A stretch of DNA of 63,739 nucleotides, filler included. It is 12 parts of 12 records of this genome, joined end to end, with 100 filler letters (N's around TTAATTAATTAA, not from the genome) between each part and the next. Parts side by side here need not be neighbours in the genome. Positions count along the whole stretch, not along the records: positions 55,651 to 60,561 come from SRR7504441_6369; positions 60,662 to 63,739 come from SRR7504441_6527; 10 more parts are not named here. The stretch is one strand, 5' to 3'. Below the pieces are notes generated by a model that was not told the origin of the DNA, ran no database searches, and saw only the letters and a list, made by a program, of their open reading frames with translations. This document shows, piece by piece, positions 56,821 through 63,739 of the stretch (position 1 is the first letter of the stretch; the number at the start of each line of letters is the position of its first letter). The position numbers were made by a program, and so were the translations under genes.

Positions 56821-57765
56821 CTACGCTTCATGGTTATACCTACAGACGTCATAGTCGAGCGCGGTTCTATGCTCAACAACCAGCTCGGTCTCGGCCTCCT
56901 CGGCCGCCTCCACCTCATTCCTGTGCCGCTGGCAAGCCTCGTTGAGCCGGTCTGACGCCTCCGTCCGCTCGTCTTGCGGGATAATCTCCTCGCGAGATAC
57001 CTTGCCATCGGACATATGCACCACTCTGTGCGCGTGCTGCTTGAGCCCCACGTCGTGCGTCACCATCGCCATCGCCATCCCGCCCCGGTTCAGCTCAATT
57101 AGTATCTGCATCACGTAGTCCGAGTTGCGCGAATCGAGGTCGCCAGTCGGTTCGTCCAGCAGCAACAGCGTGGGCGAGTTGGCTAGCGCCCGGGCGATCG
57201 TCACCCGCTGTTGCTCACCCCCAGACAGCTGAGACGGCTTGTGGTCGGCCCTGGCCGCCAGTCCGACCTGCTCCAGTAGCGCCATCGCCCGGGCCCGGCG
57301 CTGCTCCGAGCTAAGCTCCCCGGAGAGCCGCATCGGGACTTCCACGTTCTCGAGGGCCGTTAGGCTCGGGAGAAGATTGAACGCCTGGAAGACGAAGCCT
57401 ATTTTATGCAATCGGAGGCGAGCCAGCTCGGTATCCTGGGTTCGTTCCGTGATCACGCTGCCGCAGAGGGAGACACTGCCGCGTGTGGGGACGTCTATGG
57501 TGCCGATCAGGTTGAGCAGCGAGGTCTTGCCCCCGCCGGAGGTGCCCAGGATCATAACGAACTCTCCGTAGCTCACTTCTAAGCTCACCCCGCGCAGAGC
57601 CGCCACTCCTTCTACCCCGAGCATGTAGGTCTTGTGCAGGCCCTCGACTCGCACACAGGAGCCGATCTCCGGCGGCGGCGGGGACAGCCCGCCCATCTCT
57701 ATCCCGGCGTACTCCTGCGACACCGGGGTCTCGGGCAGCGCCGCGAAACCGGATGAGGTCTCCAT
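56821..57765 (-). CDS. Stand-alone ABC ATP-binding protein (LolD/MacB/FtsE-like)
   Basis: Walker [53 protein letters not shown] at 57765; intronless. Confidence 0.92.
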   Translation of the reverse strand: METSSGFAALPETPVSQEYAGIEMGGLSPPPPEIGSCVRVEGLHKTYMLGVEGVAALRGVSLEVSYGEFVMILGTSGGGKTSLLNLIGTIDVPTRGSVSLCGSVITERTQDTELARLRLHKIGFVFQAFNLLPSLTALENVEVPMRLSGELSSEQRRARAMALLEQVGLAARADHKPSQLSGGEQQRVTIARALANSPTLLLLDEPTGDLDSRNSDYVMQILIELNRGGMAMAMVTHDVGLKQHAHRVVHMSDGKVSREEIIPQDERTEASDRLNEACQRHRNEVEAAEEAETELVVEHRTALDYDVCRYNHEA

Positions 57766-57873
57766 TTGGCGGGCTGAGTGATCGCGAGTCGATTCTTGAC
57801 AGTTGCCGGCCGGTACAACGGCGCTGACCCGGTGCCCAGCTCCCCCAGGACACGTACCGTTCATCAGAGCAGC

Positions 57874-59142
57874 ATGCCCAGGGCCGACTGGGCCGACACA
57901 GGCGACCGCAGGCGCCAGCACAAGGACTATGCCGCCGAGGCCCGGCAGCACGCTGAGCAGGCCAAGCTGGACCAAACGGAGGCGGCGGCCGAGGAGGAGC
58001 CCGCCAGTCCCAAGGTGAGTCCCAAGGTGCTGGCGGGGGACGGCGGGACCGACTGGATGCCCGAGTGGGCCAAGAAGTTCGGGCCGCATCACCGGAGCCG
58101 CAAGCAGCAGCGTGAGCAGCAGGCATTCGAGTACATGACAGACCCCGCAACAGCTCCGGCGGCCGGCTCTTGCCGCCCACCGGTCGGGGCGCCGACCAAT
58201 TCCACGGAGGGGCCGGCGAACGCCTCGGGGGGCGGGCCGGCGAGCCACCCGGCGAGCTATGCGGCCAGTGGGTCGACCCCGGCGGCAAGTGCCGAGAAGG
58301 GCGGGGCGGCGTTTGGGTCGGACGATTTTGGGATCCCGCGGCTGACGGTGCTGCGCCGGAGGGAGGCGGAGCGACGGAACGCTCGGTGCACCACGCTCAG
58401 TGTGAACATTGACGGAGAGAGTGAATACCTTGTCGAGCCACTAGACAAGCCAGTAACCCGCTCATCCGATCAGCCCTCCCCGGCTGCAGGCAAGCAGCGG
58501 CTGAATGCGTCCAAGCCTGCTGCTAACCCGCCCACGAGCCCACAGGCCCCGCTGGCGTCACAGTCAGTCAGCCCGGTCAAGGCTGAGAGCAGTCCCGTAG
58601 AGCTTCAAATGGCCGGGCCCAAGTACTATTCATCCCGACAACGCGAACGTGAGAGGAGCAGGAGCGGCTCTGCATCTGCCAGCGCGTCGCCGGCTGTGTC
58701 AGTGCCAGCCCAGTCAGTGCGGAGGGTGGTCGTTGTCGACAGCGAGGATGATGAGCTATATGACATGGGTCCACCCGCAGGCAAGCCGCCAGTAGCCGCC
58801 GCGCCGCCGGCTGCAGCTGCAACCGACTCTGGGTCGAAACAGCTTGATGGATCGCAGTTCGGAAGGAGATACCTTTCGCAGCGCCGGAAAGATGAGGCTG
58901 CACGCAAGGGTCAACGGTTTGAGACTTATGCGATCGGAGACGAAGCTCGGTTCATTTCTGAGTCGGTGAAGGAAGCTCTGCCGGGAGATGCTCCGATGAA
59001 CCCTACAGAGGCAGAGGTCAGGGCAGCGGTGAGAAGCAAGGCGGGAAAAAATCACACGGGCGTGCCGGGTCCGCTCGGGTGCGAGATTGTCACCGAGGAT
59101 ATTGACGTCACAGACCCATCACAGAACCATCCAGAGGTATAG
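57874..59142 (+). CDS. Low-complexity hypothetical protein
   Basis: Long open frame from MPRADWADTG, A/P/S-rich. May contain in-frame introns. Confidence 0.55.
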   Translation: MPRADWADTGDRRRQHKDYAAEARQHAEQAKLDQTEAAAEEEPASPKVSPKVLAGDGGTDWMPEWAKKFGPHHRSRKQQREQQAFEYMTDPATAPAAGSCRPPVGAPTNSTEGPANASGGGPASHPASYAASGSTPAASAEKGGAAFGSDDFGIPRLTVLRRREAERRNARCTTLSVNIDGESEYLVEPLDKPVTRSSDQPSPAAGKQRLNASKPAANPPTSPQAPLASQSVSPVKAESSPVELQMAGPKYYSSRQRERERSRSGSASASASPAVSVPAQSVRRVVVVDSEDDELYDMGPPAGKPPVAAAPPAAAATDSGSKQLDGSQFGRRYLSQRRKDEAARKGQRFETYAIGDEARFISESVKEALPGDAPMNPTEAEVRAAVRSKAGKNHTGVPGPLGCEIVTEDIDVTDPSQNHPEV

Positions 59143-59414
59143 TTATTGCCATAATCGACATGACGACATCGCATCGATCAAGCCTCGGATAAATTAAAGT
59201 TGCAAATTTCGAAGTTTAATAAATAAAAATAGTCGGAGCCACGAATGTTCAGAGTAATTAAATTGCACGAGAACTTCCTGAGTACTCGTACTTAGTAGTG
59301 TACTTACGTACTTGACTTTGTGTTCTATTAACGGTATTAATGGATCAATATTCACAATTGAGATCCGAAGCATGGGTTGCCACGCTTCCTTAAATGAGGC
59401 CATTCGGTCTCGGG

Positions 59415-60194
59415 TCACCGATTCCTCGGCCTGAGGTGCATCCGCGTCTTTCCATTGCCTGCCCCACAGCTCAACTAACTCTACAGGCCGCATCCGCCAC
59501 CTCGCACATCCATCAGCGCGGTTCGCTCCAACGGCGAAAGCCGGCCTGCAGCCCGCATCAGCCCGGCACTCGGTGGGTTCATCACCGGCTATGTGGAACT
59601 TGCCCTGTGGAGTCCGGACTTCATGCCTGCTTGCTTCCCAGTCGGAGACAGACATCCGGCTCTTACTAATATGATACATTGCCATCCCGAGAGGCGGCCC
59701 TCCTGCGGCCCTCTCAGTTGACACCCCCGGTCGGGCCGACCTGAGTTGGGCTGTGTACAGGCGTAGTTGAGATCCCTCACAAACTCCATCACTTCGACCT
59801 CCCCGAACCCCACCTTGGTGTTCCTTGGCCGATCCCGCGTCGGTGGCGGCTGCACTACGCTATTCCGCCGACTGTTCCGCCCGCTACTCCCGGTCGAGTA
59901 GTCCCGGACCGGGGTGCGCGGCGGGGTGTTCCGGAGGTAGTCCCTACTGGCCTCCCTCCCGGCCCTCTTCTGCATGATTAGAGCAGTTAAACGCGCCTGC
60001 AGCTGCCCCCGGTAGCGCTCGGTGGCCTGATCCGCCCCGGTGAACTCGACCAGACCCATCCGGCCCGGTTCGTTGACGGGGGCATCCTCGGGGGAATCGG
60101 GCGGGCAGAAGGCTCCTGCCGGTAGGCATCCGACCGTCGTGATCTCCAACCCCGGGGAGGGCGGCGGTTGAGACTTGGAGCCTCGGCAGCCCAT
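59415..60194 (-). CDS. N-acylated protein with CSRNP-N-like / RVxF motif region, multi-exon
   Basis: MGCRGSK N-terminus. Spliced KVGFGEVEVMEFVRDLNYACTQPNSGGPPLGMAMYH...SVSDWE...RLSPLERTALM. Confidence 0.55.
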
Positions 60195-60561
60195 CTCCGG
60201 CCTCCCGGGCCCTGCGCGCGACCAAGCCGGCGCTCACATTCGCAGCTTTGCGCTGGTTCTGAGGCTTGGCCTCGCTACGGCCATATGTGGAGAGAGCACC
60301 CGAACTTCCGCGGAAGAGCTCTCTGACGATGAGTCTGAGTGTGACTGATATAGCAAAGCCCATACAACCGCAGCCGTCGTACTTTGCAGTACAGCTGCCA
60401 GTGTACTAGTGTCAGCCTGCATATAACACAAACATAACGCAAACATAATAAAGCAATAAACCGCCCAAAGCCGCGAGCTCATAGATCGGATTTAACGCTT
60501 TGGCTCAAGTCCGGGGCTCTCACTAGCTCTAAGTCGTAAGGGCAAAGGCCATCAGGCTCCG

Positions 60562-60661
60562 NNNNNNNNNNNNNNNNNNNNNNNNNNNNNNNNNNNNNNN
60601 NNNNNTTAATTAATTAANNNNNNNNNNNNNNNNNNNNNNNNNNNNNNNNNNNNNNNNNNNN
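60562..60661. other. Artificial contig linker
   Basis: N44-TTAATTAATTAA-N44. Confidence 0.98.
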
Positions 60662-60666
60662 CCGTC

Positions 60667-61518
60667 ATGATGGCGCTGAGCGGCTGGCTCGACGCGTTCT
60701 TCGCGCAGTGGTTCCTGGCCTGGGGGCTTGGGCCCTTGGTGGGAGGGCACCTGGGCTACTGGCCGCTTGCTCTGCTGCTCGAGTGGTATGTGACGCTGCC
60801 GAGCTCCAAGCGCAAGCTGGTGGTCTGGAAGGGCGGCACAGGCGACAGGATCAAGGACGTGGCGCAGACGCGAACGGAGGTGCCACTGGTGCGTGAGCAA
60901 GTCTTCGGACGCCAGGGCTGCTTCATGGCGCTGGCGGGCCCTGGTGCGCTCCTGGGGATGGTGGCAAGCGCACTAGTCTTCTCCCGGCTCTTCGGGATGG
61001 GGCACTGCCCGGCGTCGGCGGTGCCGTGGGCCCGGGGGCTGGGCGAGTTGGCGGTGATGGAGGTCGTGGGAGACTTTGGGCTGTACTGGGGGCACCGGCT
61101 GCTGCACGAGCTGCCGTACCTCTACCGCAACTTCCACAGCTACCACCACCGCATCCGGACCCCTACCGCCCTGAGCACCGCGTGCATCGATACACTCGAT
61201 GAGACCATTCAGGCCACGTTGCCCATCCTGCTGGCCGCGCTGGTGGCAAGGCCTCACCCGCTGGTGTTCTGCTGCTACGTGGGCCTGCGTGTGGCCGAGA
61301 ATGTGATGAACCACAGTGGGATCGAGAACTCGCCCTTTGACGTGTTGCTGCTCCGCTTCTGGTGGCTCGGCCGGACGCAAGCTGGTCACCACGACGCACA
61401 CCATCGGTATGGAGGTCGAGCAGGCAAGGGCATGAACCTCGGCGAGAATTTCTGGGTCTGGGATTGGATCTTTGGAACATACCATCCACGGGAAAATCTT
61501 AGATTGCATCCCGGTTGA
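60667..61518 (+). CDS. Fatty acid hydroxylase / sterol desaturase superfamily protein
   Basis: His boxes YWGHRLLH, FHSYHH, NHSG, HHDAHH, and NLGENFWVWDWIFGTY. Intronless. Confidence 0.9.
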   Translation: MMALSGWLDAFFAQWFLAWGLGPLVGGHLGYWPLALLLEWYVTLPSSKRKLVVWKGGTGDRIKDVAQTRTEVPLVREQVFGRQGCFMALAGPGALLGMVASALVFSRLFGMGHCPASAVPWARGLGELAVMEVVGDFGLYWGHRLLHELPYLYRNFHSYHHRIRTPTALSTACIDTLDETIQATLPILLAALVARPHPLVFCCYVGLRVAENVMNHSGIENSPFDVLLLRFWWLGRTQAGHHDAHHRYGGRAGKGMNLGENFWVWDWIFGTYHPRENLRLHPG

Positions 61519-61629
61519 TTATTTTATTTAAAAGCCTTGGCCACTTGAGCAAATACTGAGCAAATTTATAAAATACATTAAGTATACAAGTCATGAGCGT
61601 ACATTACACGTATATACGCACGGGATGTG

Positions 61630-63739
61630 CTATTTACTAGACATCGATTGAGTTTTCGCAAGCCTCTCATTGCGATGCGCAAATGCCCCTTTCCGAACTT
61701 TGAGGCCAGGTAGCGGCTTGGCTTCCTTTGCAGCCGAGTCCGCACGGTTGAGTTCCCGATCAAGCTTTGTAGATAAGGTTGCAACTTCTCGATCAACCTT
61801 CAACTCTCTCTTGGCAGATAAAAGCTCGATCTGGGTTCGGTCGAGCTGCTTTGCGAGCCCTCTTTCGCGTTGCTCAACAGCCAGCAGCCGCTCCTGACGG
61901 ACGGACTCCTTCCAGTGCTGTACCTTCTGACCTAGCTTGCCCAACATCAGGTCGGCAAGCCGCCGTCTCAGCATTCGCATCCCGGTGCCACGTTGCGCAC
62001 ACTCCAAATGCCGCTTCTGAGATAGTTCGGCCGTGAAGAAGCCCAGCAGATCTTCCAAAGACCCATTGGTCTCATGATTGGTTGAGTCATCTGCCGATTC
62101 CGCGGAAACTGATTGCACACCCAGCCCCGCTCGCCACTGCACTCCGCGTTGCATATGCTCCAGTTCCGTGAGGGTGTGACTGCTCTCAGGGTCAGCGCTG
62201 CTTCCTCCTGTAGATTTGGGTGGCTCGTCGGCATCCTCATCGTCCAGGTACTCTGTAGCCTCGTCAGTTGCGGTCTCCAGATCACTCGGGAGTTGACTAG
62301 CCGCCAACGCATCAGCTGCGTCCTCCTCGTCAATGTACTCGATATCCGGCTCTTGAGCCAAGGTGAGCCTGGTCCGTCGCACCACGCCGTCCGAATTGTC
62401 ATTTTCAATTGGCGTCCGCCGCACCACACCGATCATTGGGGTACTTGTTGGAACAGCAAAGACGTCTGTGGCCCAGCTGTCGTCGCCTGCGGTGCTGTTC
62501 TTCTTTGGTGTACTAGTGACCTGCGGAGTAACCTCCATGGCCATTAAGTAAGCTCCCTCTTCTTGCCTCATTTGCCTCCATCGCTCACACTTACTGATGG
62601 CATTCCTCCAGACCATCAGCAGCGTGCTGATCACCCCACGCTGCATCCGCCCCATTGCCAGCCGAATCTGCCGCATTCCTGCTGCCCTACTCCTACCCGC
62701 CATCTCTTGCCCTGCCGCCAGTCTCAGATCCCAATCCAACAGCTCAATGTCGACGCTTGCCTCTCTAGGATCCTGCTTCAGTGCTGCACGCCTCACTTCT
62801 TGCCTCAACGCTTTGAGTTTCTGACTCGTGTCGCGTTCAAGCCGCGATTTGAGCATGGCTGCGGGGCTTGCGGCTCGCTCCAGCTCTGTCGTGGCTGCCG
62901 GGCTTTTGTCGCGTTCATGCCGCGATTTGAGTATCGTTGCAGGGCTCGTGGCTCGCTCCGGCTCTGTCGTGGCTCCCGGGCTCGCTTTGCCTGCAAGCCG
63001 TGATTTGAGCATAGCTGCGGGGCTTGCGGCTCGCTCCGGCAAAGGTGGCCTAGCCGAGCGCTTGCTCGGTGAAGGAGAAAGCTTGATCAGCCCCGCCGGC
63101 TCGCTGCTCAGTGCGATTCTACCCCGCAACCGAGACTCGAGCTCCATCGATGATTCTGGCCCTCGCCGTCCCAGCCGCAACTTGAGCTCGCTGGCCGCCA
63201 GTCTGTGCACCGTGAGCTCGGCTCTTGCCGCAGTCCGCCAAATCAGTAACCGCACCCCTAACTGGCCTTTGAGTCTTCGGGCGAGCTGATGCTTGATTTG
63301 ACCCAACGCGACGCTCTTGACTTGCTCTGCGCTCTTTTGAACAGCCGTCTGCATTGATGCCATTTCGTTCCCTATCATCTCAAGTGCCGCATTCGAAGCA
63401 TCCAGGGCTCTCTGGGTGCGCTGGACCGCCTTGCCGCCTTCGCCATCCCTCTGGGTCCTCTCAAGCTCCGTAGCTGTCGCAGCCAGCTGGCTGGTTAGTT
63501 CTTCTATCTTGGCCTGCATGCCGGCCCTCTCGGCGGCTACCTGCTCCGCCTCCTGTTGCCGCCGTTTCTGAGCGAATCCGAGCTGGACTTGAAGCATCAC
63601 ATGCGCAGTGTCCACTTCGGCTAGCTGTTCTTGCTCTTGTAACGTCTGCCGCTCGGATATCGCAGCCCGCCACACCACCAGCCGCTGCCTCAGCTTGCCC
63701 ATGCTGATCTGAGCCAGCACCAACCTGAGCTGGCGGAGG
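61630..63739 (-). CDS. Large coiled-coil hypothetical protein, 5' truncated
   Basis: Open frame of about 700 aa reaching the window edge. Recurrent LxxxxxGxLxxxLxxWR segments. Confidence 0.65.
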   Translation of the reverse strand, partial: LRQLRLVLAQISMGKLRQRLVVWRAAISERQTLQEQEQLAEVDTAHVMLQVQLGFAQKRRQQEAEQVAAERAGMQAKIEELTSQLAATATELERTQRDGEGGKAVQRTQRALDASNAALEMIGNEMASMQTAVQKSAEQVKSVALGQIKHQLARRLKGQLGVRLLIWRTAARAELTVHRLAASELKLRLGRRGPESSMELESRLRGRIALSSEPAGLIKLSPSPSKRSARPPLPERAASPAAMLKSRLAGKASPGATTEPERATSPATILKSRHERDKSPAATTELERAASPAAMLKSRLERDTSQKLKALRQEVRRAALKQDPREASVDIELLDWDLRLAAGQEMAGRSRAAGMRQIRLAMGRMQRGVISTLLMVWRNAISKCERWRQMRQEEGAYLMAMEVTPQVTSTPKKNSTAGDDSWATDVFAVPTSTPMIGVVRRTPIENDNSDGVVRRTRLTLAQEPDIEYIDEEDAADALAASQLPSDLETATDEATEYLDDEDADEPPKSTGGSSADPESSHTLTELEHMQRGVQWRAGLGVQSVSAESADDSTNHETNGSLEDLLGFFTAELSQKRHLECAQRGTGMRMLRRRLADLMLGKLGQKVQHWKESVRQERLLAVEQRERGLAKQLDRTQIELLSAKRELKVDREVATLSTKLDRELNRADSAAKEAKPLPGLKVRKGAFAHRNERLAKTQSMSSK
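62841..63040. repeat. Coding tandem repeat, 78-nt period, about 2.6 copies
   Basis: gccg(c/t)gatttgag... at 62841, 62919 and 62997; encodes ERAASPAAMLKSRL-type units. Confidence 0.85.

Noticed and set aside
57766-58248. 160 aa N-terminal extension of the ABC ATPase in the ORF track
   Set aside because: It has a non-ATG start and overlaps the divergent gene at 57874. The ATG at 57765 fits the family.
3628-60661. Recurrent TTAATTAATTAA palindrome as a biological repeat or array
   Set aside because: It is always centred in exactly 44+44 Ns, so it is a six-frame-stop linker added during contig concatenation.
1-63739. Introner-like family of near-identical introns
   Set aside because: Introns share length and end motifs but I saw no extended similarity between them. 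An all-vs-all alignment would be needed to exclude it fully.
1-63739. CRISPR arrays, rRNA, tRNA, transposases or viral hallmark genes
   Set aside because: No repeat-spacer pattern, RNA gene motif or transposase/RT/capsid motif was recognised by eye.

Overview
This is eukaryotic nuclear DNA, not prokaryotic. It is a pseudo-scaffold of 12 unrelated short contigs (about 3-7.5 kb) joined by 11 artificial 100-nt linkers (44 N + TTAATTAATTAA + 44 N), so adjacency across linkers has no meaning. The source looks like a GC-rich, very gene-dense, probably flagellated protist; I cannot name the lineage. Many genes are split by tiny (about 36-50 nt) spliceosomal introns, which I reconstructed by hand. 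An unusually large share use GC donors, and most lack a polypyrimidine tract. Recognisable housekeeping genes are TOP3B, beta-adaptin, V-ATPase subunit H, prefoldin 1, a MESD-like chaperone, an ABC ATPase, a GH2 glycosidase, an amino-acid permease and a voltage-gated channel fragment. The most unusual content is partly hidden from the ORF track by introns: (1) an AP2-like + WRKY + multi-PHD + PZP chromatin-reading transcription factor; (2) a cytochrome P450-cytochrome b5 fusion ending in a peroxisomal SKL signal, with an atypical I-helix; (3) a small GTPase-IQ-ankyrin-kinase protein; (4) an F-box-like/RCC1/GNAT fusion; (5) an LRR ectodomain on a multi-pass membrane domain; (6) head-to-head gene pairs only about 46-49 bp apart that share a CGAGTC motif. 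No rRNA, tRNA, CRISPR array or transposase was recognised. All assignments come from motif recognition, not database searches.
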